From: Prorocentrum cordatum
Taxonomy: Eukaryota
Reading direction: 5' to 3'
Assembly: GCA_963575745.1 (NCBI GenBank)
Contig: CAUYUJ010000203.1
Span: 248,001 to 312,000 of the forward strand
Length of the DNA: 64,000 nucleotides
Both the position numbers and the translations under genes were made by a program. The stretch's first letter is position 1, and each line of letters starts with the position of its first letter. Below, piece after piece: positions 37,785 to 51,170 of this stretch. The notes below the pieces were generated by a model. The model was not told the DNA's origin. It saw nothing but the letters and a program-made list of their open reading frames with translations, and did not search any database.

Positions 37785-38510
37785 TTACCGCTTCTTCTTG
37801 CCCTTGCCCTTCTTGCAGCTTTCCGCCGCCGCCCCAGCGGCAGCACCGTCCACGAAGGGCTGCGCGTCCTCGAAGGCGACCTCGCACACCGTCGCGCGGC
37901 GGCCGCTCTCAACCAGGACGCACACGAAGCCGTGCGGGTCGACGCCGTCGTTGGGATCGCCGTACGCCGACCCTTGGCGCCCATCTCGAAGACGAACGCG
38001 GTCGCCGTCCCGCAGGATGTGCGGGGTGCGCCTCGGGGGCACCTCATCTGCCCACTCGTCGTCGTCGACGTCGGAGGGGAGCTTCATGTCCTCCTGGACC
38101 ACCGCCTCCGCCGCCGCCGCCGCCGCCGCACCCGCCACGCCGCCGTCGGCGGGGGCCCCCACGCCCGCCGCCGCCGTCGCCGCCGCACCGCCACCCAGGG
38201 GCTTCTCCTCCACGACGTCCTGCAGCTGGAAGCGCGAGTCCACCTCCATCCGACCACCGCGGCCGCGCGGGCGACGGCGCCGAGGCGGCACCGCCTGGGG
38301 ACCCGCGCCGACCTCGGCGGGAGGGGTGGGCTGCCCGACCAGCTCGGCCACAGCCGTGCGGACGAACCCCTCCGCCGCACGCAGGAGGCGTGCCGAGTCA
38401 CGCATCCCTCCTGCGGCGGCCAAGCCCGCGGCCGCGTGGACCGCCATCAGGGCCCCACGCGAGGCCTCCAGTGGCGCCACGGCGCGTGCCGCCTTGGTCG
38501 AACCCGGCAT
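37785..38510 (-). CDS. Hypothetical ~241-aa protein: helical N-terminus, possible KOW/SH3-like C-terminal domain, basic tail
   Basis: Complex ORF from the ATG at 38510, containing ARLLRAAEGFVRTAVAEL and LRDGDRVRLRDGRQG...FVCVLVESG and ending KKGKGKKKR-stop. Confidence 0.55.
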   Translation of the reverse strand: MPGSTKAARAVAPLEASRGALMAVHAAAGLAAAGGMRDSARLLRAAEGFVRTAVAELVGQPTPPAEVGAGPQAVPPRRRRPRGRGGRMEVDSRFQLQDVVEEKPLGGGAAATAAAGVGAPADGGVAGAAAAAAAEAVVQEDMKLPSDVDDDEWADEVPPRRTPHILRDGDRVRLRDGRQGSAYGDPNDGVDPHGFVCVLVESGRRATVCEVAFEDAQPFVDGAAAGAAAESCKKGKGKKKR

Positions 38511-38670
38511 CGGAGGCGAGGCGGGAGGCGCGGCGCGGCGCGGCGCAGCCCGGCGGCAAGGCGACCTGATCCAGTACGGTTCTGGAAAAGGAAGAGGAGG
38601 AGGAGGAGGAGCAGGAGGAGGAGGAGGAGGAAGAGGAGGAGGAGGAGGTGGAGGAATAGAAAGGAGGCGC

Positions 38671-38758
<88 letters not shown>

Positions 38759-39639
38759 GGAGGAGGACGTGGAGGAATAGGAGGAGGCGCAGGAGGAGGA
38801 GGAGGAGGAGGAGGAGGAGGAGGAGGAGGACTAGGAGGAGGAGGAAGAGGAGGAGGAGGAGGAGGAGGAGGAGGAGGAGGAGAAGGAGGAGTTGGAAGTG
38901 GAGGAGCAGAAGCAAAGGCAGCAGCAGCAGCAGCAGCAGGAGGAGGACGCGGAAACCTTAGGAGGGAGGGAGTCGGGGCGCGGCGCTGCGAAACTACCCG
39001 GAACGAGGGCACGTTCTGAGAAGGCCTGCCCCTCTCTCTTCATCCCTCGGCGCGCCGTCGAGCTTGGGTTTCGGGTCACACCTCGGGCCTCTGGCGGCCC
39101 TTCGGGGCGTCTGGGTACCCGAAGGTCCTCGGCGAGGCGCAGCAGACTGACAACCTCCCGGGAACCGATGAGAACGTCAGAAAACGTCGAACCCAAGGAA
39201 CTGACGTTGCGAACAACAAAATGCAGCGTCGAAAAAAACACGGCCGGAGCCCTACGCAGACCCAGACATTATTCTTCGAATTCCGAGCCGGATCGACCTG
39301 TGATGGTCCCCGGGCCCTGTAACCGCTAAAGGTATTTAACTCTTTAACTGCTCCGAAAACCTCGTCATTCTCCTCCAAATCCGTGAGAGCTCTTCTGAGG
39401 CATTAGTAGAAGTAGTCGTCGTAGTCGTAATCGCAATCGTAGTCGAAGCTGTCGTCGGCGATGTAACGCGGCGGATGCTGCGGACAAAAAACACTTAGTA
39501 CCCTGCAGTTGCGGAGAAGAGTGAGAGGGGCGGGGGGGAGGTCGGCAGTATGCGGCGCTCTGAAGAAGCCCGCCGCAGGCGCCAAATTTTTACAAGTTCT
39601 ACAACGAGCCCGCCACAGGCGCCGATTTTTTCGTTCAAG

Positions 39640-40600
39640 CAATATGGTGGGTCGCGGGGTGGGTCGCAGGTGGGTCGTAGGTGGGTCGCGGGTGGATCGC
39701 GGGTGAGTCGCGTGTCGGTCGCGGGCGGGTCGCGGGGTGGGTCGCGGGTGGGTTGCGGATGGATCGCGCGATGGTCGCGGGTGGTCCGCGGCCCAGGTCG
39801 CGGCCCAGGTCGCGGGAGGGACGACAACGACAACAACAAAAACACCAACACCAACACCAACAACAGCAGCAACAGCTGCAACGCTCACAACGGCAACAAC
39901 AGCAACAACACCAACACCAACACCAACAACAACAATAAGAACATCAGCAACGACAGCATCAACACCATCATCAACACCATCATCGATAACCTCATACACA
40001 ACAACGACAACAACCCCAATAACAACAACCACATCAACAATCATTTTAAAACTGTTCGCTCTTATCTGCTCGCGTGTCATTCAATACGCATATCCCAAAC
40101 CCTGGGTACCCGCCCTCTTCGTCTTCGATCGTGCCCCCTCTTGGGGGGTATAGTCATTCCCTGCCACGCGCGGTCCGTGAAGCCCATGAAAACGAAAGGT
40201 AAGAATGAACGGGGGAAAATGATGGCGAAGGGATCGGAGTAAGGGAAGGGAAGGGGCAAGAAGGAGGGAGGACGAGGATTTGCGCTGTAAGTGGCGATTT
40301 CAGCTTGCGCCATGGCTCGCGCCAGCCCCACTCCAACACAGGATAACAATAAGTTTCGCCACGAGTCCCGCCATACACAGCGCCACGTACCTTTGAAAAC
40401 AACAACAACAACATATCGTGGATACCCCCACGGGGGGACGTACAGCTGCGAACTGGTGTCCGAAACAAATTTCGTGAAACCCTGAAAAGAAGCGGGATGT
40501 TGGGAGAATGGGGCGGGAGGATAATGAGAACTGCAACAGTGTCGAGAGGAGCGCGGGATCCCAAAGTGAGAGCGCGATTCTTCAATGAGACCGGAGGAAA
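39640..40600 (-). repeat. Inverted copy of the composite unit arrayed at 53200-56170 (GGGTCGC tract, CAA tract, unique core)
   Basis: 40040-40140 matches the reverse complement of ~55155-55260 and ~55945-56050. Confidence 0.75.
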
Positions 40601-40601
40601 A

Positions 40602-41338
40602 CCCCAATCAGGGCTATAGGGCCAGGGGGCTATAGGGCTATTGAACTATAGGGCTATAGAACTATATGGCTATACAGTTGTAAGGCTATACGGCTTTTGG
40701 GCACCCCCGGGCACCCCCGGGCACGCCCAGGCACCTGGGCAGACGGGCGCATGGGCACCCCCGGGCACCCGGGCACCCGGGCGTGCAGCGAAAATCGGCG
40801 GCAAACCTAAACTAACCATATGAATCCGCTGGGACCCCTACGGCGGCAAGCTCTGATTGGGGAATAAATTGTGAGGAAATATCGAGCGGGAGCCGCGATC
40901 CGGTGGTACATCGCCAGTCCTATTGTTTAAAGGACTTCAGGGCTATGGGGCTATGAGGCTATAGAGCTAGAAGGCTATGGGGCTACAGGGCTAAAGGGGC
41001 ATAGGGCTATAGGGCTATTGGGCTATAGGGTTATGGGGCTGTAGGGCTATAGGGCTAGAAGGCTATAGGGCTATTAGGGCTATAGGGCTACAAGGCTATA
41101 GGGCTATAGGGCTACCCGGCACCTGGGCACCCGAGCACCCGGGCACGCAAGCACCTGGGCACACGGGCGCCCGGGCGCCTGGGCACCCGGGCACCCGGGC
41201 ACCCAGGCACCCGGGCAGACGGGCACCCGGGCACCCTGGGGCACCTGGGCGCCCGGGCGTGCGGCGAAAATCGGCGGCAAACCTAACCTAACCATATGTA
41301 TCCGCTAGGACCCCTACAGAGGCAAGCTCTGATTGGGG
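40602..41338 (+). mobile_element. Element with ~13-bp inverted ends and duplicated (GGGCTATA)n-(GGGCACCC)n-unique modules
   Basis: CCCCAATCAGGGC at 40602 versus GCTCTGATTGGGG ending at 40862 and 41338 (12/13 inverted match). The module repeats with a 476-bp period. Confidence 0.65.
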
Positions 41339-41527
41339 AATAATTTGTTAGGAAGTATCAGGCGGGAGCCGTTGTTGTTGTAAACCGGGCCAACGCCACA
41401 GTTTGACCCTCAAGACTTTCCCTGATTAAAAACAGGGTGCGAGCCCCGGGAAGAGCACTTCAATCGAACAAAACAATGTGCACCGGACGGTGGGGATCAA
41501 CAATAACTAGTCCTCAGAAATGAGAAT

Positions 41528-42052
41528 TCAACAACAACAACAACAACAACTACTACTACTACAACAACAACAACAAGAACAACAACAGCAGCAACAACAA
41601 CAACATCAACAACACCACCACCACAACCAACGACAAAGACAACGACAACAACAACAACAACAACAGCAGCAGCAACAACAACAACAACAACAACAACAAC
41701 ACCACCACCACCAACAACAACAACCCCAGCAACTGGCAACTAACAACAACAGCAGCACAAACAGCAACAATACCAAAAACACCATCAACAACAGAAGCAT
41801 CAGCAACAACACCATCAACGACAGCAACGACAATAACAAGCACGACTAACATCAACATCAACAACTACCAACAACACCAGCAGCAGCAACAACAACTCCA
41901 ACAGCACCACCAACAACAACACATACACCAACACCACCAGCACCAACGACAACAGCAACAACAACAGCAACAACAACAACAATGGCAACACCAGCACCAC
42001 CAACAACAACACCACCACCAGCAACAACACCACCACCAACAACAATAACAAT
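41528..42052. repeat. Degenerate (CAA/CAC/CAG)n tract
   Basis: Direct reading. Confidence 0.95.
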
Positions 42053-42639
42053 CCGCACAGCAGAACCTTACTTCAGCCACGCGCTCAGGGACAGTGAATG
42101 ACCGTTCAGCCCACTCACTCTGAATTAGTTACCCCCTATTGGTGGGACCCCAGTCCTTCAGAAAGGCCGCCGAAACGGTCTTTGGTTACTCGGTTCTGGG
42201 GGCTCTAAAAACTTTTCGGGCTTAGCCAAGCGAAACCGCCCGGTGCGAACAAAAATTGCAACGCCAAGATCTCAGGGAACGCCGAACTCCCCCCCCCCCG
42301 GCGAGCCGCCGAAACACAGGAGACTGATCTCTCCATGGACGCATCCAGCCCAGAAGCTCTAAGGCGAATCCGGCCGAGGCGACGTGGGCTCTCCAGGACG
42401 AGCAGCGGACCCTTTTTCCCTCCTCTAAGAGTCGGGGCGCAGCGCTGCGCAATGTGAGCCCAAGGCTTCTATCTTACGTGAGACCACGTGGGCCAACAGT
42501 GCAAAATATTTGAGCGGCCCCAGATCGCGGGAGACACGTCTCTCGACATCACGCGAATCACAGCAGCCCGCAGAAGCTGAAACGCCGCAGCTCCGTAGCC
42601 GCCGCAGCCGCGGGGGAAGCATAATCACAAGTCTCTCGC

Positions 42640-43650
42640 CGCATCCGCGGATGGCCTAGCGTTCTCTCCCGAACGGGGACTGGCGGAAGAAAGAAGCACA
42701 TGAAGGTCTACTTGCCGACTGGCGTTGCTTATGATGCGGAGAGCCTCAAGGAATCGGTGGCGGAAGCTATTCGGCGATGCATGGTCAACTCGAGATTTAC
42801 CATTTATCCGAGGCATCGTTGGACTGGCGCCGACGACGCTTTCAGCGAGTTCTGCTTGCTAGAAGGGTGCCACGGTCTGGCCACGGCATCGTGGGACACG
42901 TTCGCTTTCGAGGCGGGGCACCCTTCCAGAGGGGGGCTGCCGACGCACAGCTGTTACAATCAGCTCCCAACTCGGGGACCCACTGGCCGAGAGGCCACCC
43001 CGATGCTCTTGGATTCGTCCACCGGCGCCGATCAGGCCCCTCGAGGGCTAGATGACGGGCGCCACCCAGCAGGGAAGGCGGAAGAAGATGAAGCGCGCGA
43101 TCCCTTGGAACATCGAAGGAAAGAACAAGCTGAATTGAGGAGAAAAGCCAGGGAGTTTCTGGAGAAGGACCCGCTGGTACCGGCGCTCATCATTCGCCAG
43201 GTATTGGAGCCACTTGCCAGGCTCCTGCCACATCAACTGAAGCTGGCTGGCGCCGATTGGGACCTCGAGCAGGAAGCCAAGGCGCTGAAGAGAACGAGCA
43301 GCAGCGACCGACGGGTCAGCAGAACCTTCCCGATCGTGCACGCCGCGAGCGGCAATGCCGAGGCGACGTTCCACACCGGCATCGACTCCATCTCATTCCA
43401 CAGGTCAACGCGGCAAGACTTAATCACCATTCCGAAGCAGACGATGGACGATGCGAATGCGTTCCCTGGCGGACCGCCTGATCTCCAGTGCGGACTTCTG
43501 GGTGCACGAGTCCCTCACTAGCATGCACTTCCCACTCAAGCTGTTCCTGCTGCTTGATGAGGCGAAAGACTCGACCTCAGCGACGTTCCGCCCAGCATGT
43601 TCGACGCTTTCACCAAACGCCGAAGCGCTGCTCTCCCCTGAGATCGGATA
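42640..43650 (+). pseudogene. Protein-coding fragment, probably DNA-transposase-related
   Basis: 273-aa complex ORF (YPRHRWTGADDAFSEFCLLEGCHGL) with out-of-frame flanking continuations (PNGDWRK upstream, HFPLKLFLLL downstream). The transposase assignment is from recall and is unverified. Confidence 0.45.
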
Positions 43651-46548
43651 AGGGGCCTCCGAATAAAATTCCGGGTCGAACGTTACCCGATTTGCGGGTC
43701 CCAAAACCGTGTTGTGACAGACCGCGCGGCGACCTCGAAATGAGGCCCCACCGCACGGTCCGTCACCGCACGGTTTTGGGACCCTGAAGGCCCCAATCGC
43801 CCGAGACGCCCTCGGAGAACGACCCGGGTTCCAAAACCATGCGACCCCGGATCCCCACTGACGCACCACGCGGTGTGGTCACCACACTGTTTGGGGGCCC
43901 TCGACACCTGGTGGCTCTCGGGCCATAGCTCGGGCCTCAGGCGGCCGTCTGGGACGATCCGGGCACCCCAGGAAAGCCCTCGGCGATGTGTTTTGCGTAG
44001 GCGGCTAGGCAGAGGAGATCTGCGCTGGCGATGGGATGTCTAAACGGGGATGCCGTTAGAGAAAATTGTGCCACCGTGCAAGAAGAGGAGCGGGGGGAGG
44101 GCGCGGCCGAACGAGGAGGGCGGACGCAGCGAGCGACTCAGGGGGACGGATCGCTCCCCGAGCGAGCGGCGCGGCCAGCCCCGCCCCCCAACAAAAACAG
44201 CCGAAACCTTGCCACTGGCGAGGGAGAAGGAAACGCACCACCACCACCACCACCTGGAGGATGGAGGCAGAGGGTGGTCAGGGCGGGGGGGGCGTATTGT
44301 TTCCGGCGCTCTCGCGGGACATCGTGCACACACGCATACGCACACCAGCTCATCCTGAATCCCACCAGGTGCTCTCAACTGACTCGCCACGCGGTGTGGT
44401 CACTCGGGCCCCCGCCCGACGCAAGGGCCCCGCTCAGCAGAGGTAGCCAGCCTCGAACTTATTTATCCTTATCCCTAAGTGAGGGGCATCGATAGGGAGG
44501 GATAGAGCTAGGGGGAAACATCGACCTGGAATCGGCGATACATCGCCGATAGATCGGCGATAGGCCTCCGATAGTGAATCCGCAAGTTCGTGAGCAGGTT
44601 CGGGCTCTATCGGGCCCCTATCGGCGATCAATGAGCGATTGTGGGTCGATGCATACCCCCTATGCCTGTCCCCCCAAATCGTTGCCCCTGACTAAGATCG
44701 GCAAGCCGAAGGGGATGTCAATCTTAGGAGATGTGCCCTCAGAAACTGAGACAACCTTGACATCGGCACTGAGGTGAGCTTGTGCACATGGGATATACTT
44801 CAAGCTGGAAAACAGGAGTAGGAAATCTAACTCTATACACCGACGCTTCTTCAGGCCCTGCATTAGAATTTGCACTGGAGAGCGGATCCTGGTGTATACG
44901 GGACCCTGGTGTATACATGTTTCGCTGCTTCCCCGGGACGTCGGGGAACAAACATATACACCACACCACCACGACGTCGCCCCCGGCCCTCAAAAAGTCC
45001 TGGGATTGAAAAGCCGCCCGCCACTGGTAATGTGTATGCTCCAATTTTCCGACTTGGCAAATGATTCAAGCTGGAAAACAAGAGAGCCCGAAGCGGCACA
45101 CGGCGCGGCGCCTGCCGCGTCGGGCTGCTGTGGGGCCTGCGGCGCCCCCGCGCCCCGGCGGCGCCGGAGGAGCCCGAGGCCGGCCGGGTGCGGTCTCCTG
45201 CGGGACGCGGCAAGGCGCGGGAGTACACAAGGAAAAGGTGAGGGGGGATCCCCCTGCCTTCACAGAGATCCGACGCTCCAACAGAAATTGGGGCGGGCGT
45301 TTTTGGGCCGACTTCGGCCTCTGGGGGCCCTCGCCGGGCCTCGGGACTGAGAAAAAACGGCTCAGGACGAAAAACATGCCCAGGGCAATGGTCCAGACCT
45401 CCAGGGCCTACGCATCGAAAAAATTGGAGCCGCCGGATGTCATGGTTGGAGGCGGGGGCAGATGGCCCCTTTAGCCGCCTAGGCTAGGCGGCGAGACGAT
45501 GATGCGATGGAGTGTCGGGCCGCGCCTGCCGGGCCAGCCGGATCAGAAATTTGCCTATATGGCTCAGCCAACGGCCTGCGGGGGCACTTAGCCAGGGAGC
45601 ACGGTTGGTGTTGGAAAGATCGCGTGCAGCATCGATCTCGGAGACACACGCTGTCCCTCTGAGGCGATCCCCTGCGAGGGCCTCTTCGGTGATGGGCGCA
45701 GGAGGAGGAGAAGGAGGAGGATGAGCGAGGAGGAGGAGGAGCAGGAGGAGGAGGAGGTGGGAGGATGATGAGGAGGGGGAGGAGGAGTAGGAGGAAGGAG
45801 GCTGAGGAGGAGGATGAGGATGAGGATGACGATGAGGATCAGGAGGAGGAGGAGAGGAGGAGGAGGAAGGAAGGAGGAGGAGGAGAGGAGGACGAGGAGG
45901 GCGGACAGGGGGAGGAGGAGCAGGAGGAGGAGGAGGAGGAAGAGGCAGGAGGAGGAGAAGGTGGAGGAGGTGGAGAAGGAGGAGGAGGAGGAGGAGGAGG
46001 AGGAGGAGAGGAGGAGGAGGAGGAGAAGGAGGAGAAGGGAGGAGGAGGAGGAGGAGGAGAGGGGAGGAGGAGGAGGAGGGAGGGAAGAGGGAGGAGGGAG
46101 GAGAAGGAGGAGGCGAAGGGCGGAGGCGGAGGCGGAGGAGGGGGAGGAGGAGGAGGAGGAAGAGGAGGAGGAGGAGGAGGAGGAGGAGGAAGAGGAGAAT
46201 GGAGGGAGGAGGGAGGATGAGGAGGAGCAGGAGGAGGAGGAGGCGTAGGAGAAGGAGGAAGAACAGGAGGAAAGGGGGAGGGGGAGAAGGACAAGCTAGG
46301 TGCGCTCGCGTCATATCTGACGTCCTACCCCTCCCTCCCATCCCTTACCATGGCGCTGATTTTCTCTATCCGCGGACGCGTGTCGTAGCGGACCTGTGGC
46401 TCCGCGCGCGCGTGCGTAGTGGGTGGTGGTGCGCGTGCGTGCGTGCGTGCGTGTGTGCGTGGTTGTGGTGGTGGTGGTGGTGGTGGTGGTGGTGGTGGTG
46501 GTGGTGGTGGTGGTGGTGGTGGTGGTGGGGTGGTGGTGGTGGTGGTGG

Positions 46549-46579
<31 letters not shown>

Positions 46580-46780
46580 GGTGGTACTGGTGCTGGTGCT
46601 GGTGGTGGTGGTGGTGGTGGTGGTGGTGGTGGTGGTGGTGCGGTGCGGCGCGGTGGTGGCGGGCGGATGGGCGCGCGAGAAAAAGGCCCGCGCTGGGGCG
46701 AGAACGCCATCCTGAACGACGGAGGCCAAACACCGATCCGAAAATGAGGCCCACGCTGCAGCGGGAGCACGATTCGGAAC

Positions 46781-47151
46781 GATTCGGGAGCAGAAATGAG
46801 GCCGGCGCCTCAACGAGAGCAGCATTTTGGGAAAAAATGACGCCGGCGCCTCAGCGAGAGTCGTTTCCCGGGATTTCCCGGGCATCCTGTGTGTAAAAAA
46901 ACAGTACGCGGAGGGTGCGCGGCTATCACCCGGACGCCATCAGGGGAAGGATTCGGGAGCAGAAATGAGGCCGGCGCCTCAACGAGAGCAGCATTTTGGG
47001 AAAAAATGACGCCGGCGCGAGAGCAGCATTTTGGGAAAAAATGACGCCGGCGCCTCAGCGAGAGTCGTTTCCCGGGATTTCCCGGGCATCCTGTGTGTAA
47101 AAAACAGTACGCGGAGGGTGCGCGGCTATCACCCGGACGCCATCAGGGGAA
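46781..47151 (+). repeat. Tandem duplication of a ~170-200 bp unit
   Basis: GATTCGGGAGCAGAAATGAGG...CGCCATCAGGGGAAG occurs twice. Confidence 0.9.
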
Positions 47152-47299
47152 GAGGGAGAGTATATTCATATTGAATAATTGTAGAGGGGGAGAAGGAGGA
47201 GGAGGAGGAGGAGGAGGAGGAGGAGGAGGCGGAGAGGGGGAGAAGGAGGAGGAGGAGGAGGTGGAGGAGGAATAGAATCGAATGACCAATGCCTTGTGC

Positions 47300-50200
47300 A
47301 ACAATCCGTACTTACACTCTTATCAGCGTTTCAGCTTTGCTAAGAACTTGGGAATATACATCTGCCACCATTCGCCGAAGATGCTCTCGACCAGCGGAGG
47401 TTTGCTTGCATTCAGCTGCTTTGAGCGATTGCAGACTGTTTGCTGCAAACTTCCCACAATGCTGACACAAATGCAAGTTCAAATCATCGTGATAGGCCAT
47501 GCGGTGATTCCAATGTACCCACCCTCCAAACAAATGGATGCGCGCCCCAACGGGTGTACAAGTCAGTGCAAAACAATTCGCGTGGCTAATCCATTCGGTG
47601 ATCGTGCTGGCTGAGGTTGAACACCGGCACCGTGAGCATTTACGCCCGCACTCAAGTAACGTGTGCTGCGTTGCGAAAGAAGCGGGGAGGCCGTCCAGCA
47701 GCGGCAGGAGGAGGCGGAGGTGGAGTCTGCGCTGGGCACGCGATACGCTGCCGCAGCTTCCAAGGACACATTGTCAACCAATTCATTTCCGAGCCGCACC
47801 CATTCTGGAATGCCACGATCAGCTGCTTCGCTGACTGTGAGGTGGGAGTGGGAGTTGATGTGCACAACTGTAGAATCAGAAGACTCGAAGCGGAAATTCT
47901 GGCCAATCCCCCCATAAAAATGCGTCGGGGCCAGAGGGAGACATAAATCTACCAGCATGCCAGCCGTGAAGTACTGGCTCGGCGTCAGTGACAAACTGTG
48001 GGACCAGAAAAAAGACGAATAACAAGTTCCAAACTGGCCAATTCACCTCTGGGCACTGACTGACAAAATCCGGGTAATTAGAGGCCCGGACACGCCTGCC
48101 CTCAACTCTCGCCCATCGCGTCGAAGAGCACCGGTTGCTAGGCCAATCCTTCTCAAGTGACGGTCCCGGCTATCAAAATCGCCACTCGCATCCCCGAAGA
48201 AACGGGGTGCCTGTGCCAAAACATCCCGGACCGAGGACACCGTCGACAAGTCCGAAATGCGACCACTGATCCTAGTGAGTGGGCGGGAGCACTGAGGTCC
48301 AAGATGCTGGTATCAAACCACGAAGCCAAAAACACGCATCACTTTCATGATGGATCTGAACTTCGCAAGATAAAGCGTCAAACTCAGCGTACGCCGTGTT
48401 ACCTCTGTTGCAAAGACAAACCCAAATACGATGAAACAGAATCTCCGTAGCTACACGGCACCGCGGGCACGCCACGTCCACGGCGACATTCGATACTGAT
48501 GGTTTGCGCTCTCCAGTCCAGGTGCCCCCGACGGCGATAGCAACCATGAGCACTGAAGCGATGCCCTTTATGGGGCGCCTTGCGCAACATCTTGATGAAT
48601 TCTCGCAATGAGGCGTTGTCGACACCGTCCTCCATTCCATTCCCAAGGTAGTGTGCAGCTGCGCCCCGCCATAGTCGAGCTCGAATGCTGGTCTCAAGAT
48701 CACAACATAAATCATCGGATTGTCAATGCGGATACAACGCTACATCTGGGAAGTGCCATTCGATGGACTCACCGTCGCTAGTTGCAGGTGGCGCTTCCCA
48801 CAGAGAAGCAGAGCGTGGTACCCAATCGTTTTCCAACGGGTGCATCATCGGCGCGGAGACGGGGCCCCGAACGTGACGAGCCCGTCGCGTAGGATCGAGT
48901 GCTGCCAAGTCGGCGACCAGCTTCTCCCAGATACGGTGCACGCCAGGTCGAATGAAAAGTTCGCGCGTCCAAACAGCAAATCATTGTCGGAGGCATTCTC
49001 TCGGCAGCTTGTAGGCTGGGTCCCCGTGGGGCAACTTGATGTCCAATAAGGTGGTCAAGTATCGGCCCCTCGTCGTGGATCCAAGAACGACGCCCCCCGC
49101 CTCCGTCGGAGCGTAACCATAGCGGAACCGAACAAACCGTGCACTTGATGTCCGTATACCGCCGCCTGCTGCGCACCCGCTCGTTCTAATTTCCTGGTGA
49201 CCTCGAAGCGTCTCGAGGCCTGGGCAAATCGCCCTATTCTCCCATTCATCGCACACGATTTGGCAACTCGCTTACACCGAGGAGGAGGAGGAGGAGGAGG
49301 AGGAGGAGGAGGAGGAGGAGGGAGGAGGAGGAGGAGGAGGAGGAGGGAGGAGGAGGGAGGAGGAGGGAGGAGGAGGGAAAAGGAGGGGGGGAAGGAGGAG
49401 GAGAAGGAGGAGGAGGAGGAGGAGGAGGACGAAGGCGTGCATCGGGAGGGGACGCGCGGCAGGGCGCGGGAGGAGACGGGAACGAGGGGGCGGGGAGGGG
49501 GCGGGGAGGGGGCGAGGGGGTTTGGGGGGAGGGGGTGGGGGAGGGGAGAGCGAGTGGGCGATGGGGCGGGAATGAAGGTGGTGGGAGAACGACGAGGATG
49601 AGGAATCGGGAGCCACGAACAGCTTCGCGCCCTCGTGCGCGGCAGGGCGCGCGAGGGAGAAGCGAATGAACGGCGCGCTGAGCTAGAGGGAGAACACACT
49701 GGCATACGTGTACATAAACTTTTGGCGCTCCGCGCGGTTTTCGCAGACCTGGGTTAGAACCCCCTCCCTGGCGCGCGGAGCGTGCCAGGGACGGCGCCTG
49801 AGGCGCCGACAGTTGTTTTGTTATTGTTTTAGGCAACCCCACGCCAACATTGTTGGAGTTCGCGGCAAGGAGGTCGAGGATCCCCTCGAGCAAGTGAAGT
49901 AACTAGCGCGACATGGTGGTGAGGCAGCTCCAGCGGAGATCCAAGAAATCCGCGCGGCCTGCCGACAGTTCATGTTTAGGTCGCATTTTGTTGCTTTCTT
50001 CGAGAGGGGCGAGCAAACGACGCGCGAAGCGTCCCTGGGAGGGGGCGGGCGGCAGGGCGCACGAGGGAACGAACGAACGAACGAACGAACGACGCGCGAC
50101 GCCTCCCCTGGAGGGGGCGGGACGGGCCGGCTGGCGGCCTGCGCGGGGCGGACGTGGCCGCGGGCCTGAGCAGCCTCAGAGGGTTCCTCAGTAGAAAATC

Positions 50201-51170
50201 CCACCGTTCCTTGTCCACTGCTGCTGCAAGCCATGCGACGTTGTTGGCATCTCGGTGGAGGTGCCGATGGGGGAGGGGGCAACTCCTGGGAGGTCTCCAG
50301 AAGAATGATTAATAGCTCTAGGCCCGAAAAGGGGGCCCCTGAGGCGGACTAGGACCAGGATTAAGCCCATTGAGGCAGATTATTCGGGACTGTGCGAAGC
50401 CAATCGTGCTTTGCCAGATTCGGCCCCGGTCTTTCCACCACGGGTATACCAGCGCCGATGCTGAATTTAACGAGTTGAGGAAGAATGGGAGGCAGAACTG
50501 TAACAAGAGAGGACGAGGAGCATCACGTTGTGCAGGCAGACGTGCTCTGGCACGCTGCACGGCGCCTGCACAGGAGAAGCAAAAGCAAGCACTTCAGAGT
50601 GCTAACTTGTTAGCTTTGCGTCGACGAAGGAAGGGGAAACAGCACGGAACAGGCGAGGAACTGGTGCAGGAAATGAGGACGAAGAAATGAAGAACGAATG
50701 AGGGAACTCAGGCATCGCAACCGAAACATGTACGGAGACTGCCTAGTGCACGTCTGGGGGCCGCTCCCCCCAATCGGCAATCACATGAATGGCCGAGGCC
50801 AGTGGCGCGCAGTCCTGAAGCGTGGGCCAACTGTGCAGGAGCCCGCCTCCCTCGCCTTTGGCTGGCCCCCCGAGGTTGAGCTGCACGGCAGACTCCGAAT
50901 CCTGGTGGATGGGCCGGGGAAGTGGTCAAGGCGCCCGTGGTGAGTCAGAATTGTGGTTGAGATTGTATCTCAGTGGAAGAGGCAAAGATGGCGGAGACAA
51001 CGAGCCGGTTGACGTCCAGCGGGTTGGAGTCTGACTTGCGCAACTGTCTATCGCAATGTTGTCCCGTCGCGTGGCGGTTGAACTATGTGCTGCTGATTGC
51101 CATCGTGCTCGATATACCAGCTGGTCCACCTGATGCCGAAAACGGTCAAAAACCTCCCGTAGCGAAACTG
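47300..51170 (-). mobile_element. Degenerate non-LTR retrotransposon (LINE) with zinc finger, RNase H and C-terminal Cys/His motif, interrupted by GGA-rich inserts
   Basis: In order: GPVSA..HPLENDWVP...LW; CPRC..EILFHRIWVC; CFWLRGLIP; FFGDASG...LRRIG; INSH...GNELVD; HWNH...CQHCGK...C. The RT core is only weakly recognisable. Confidence 0.7.
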
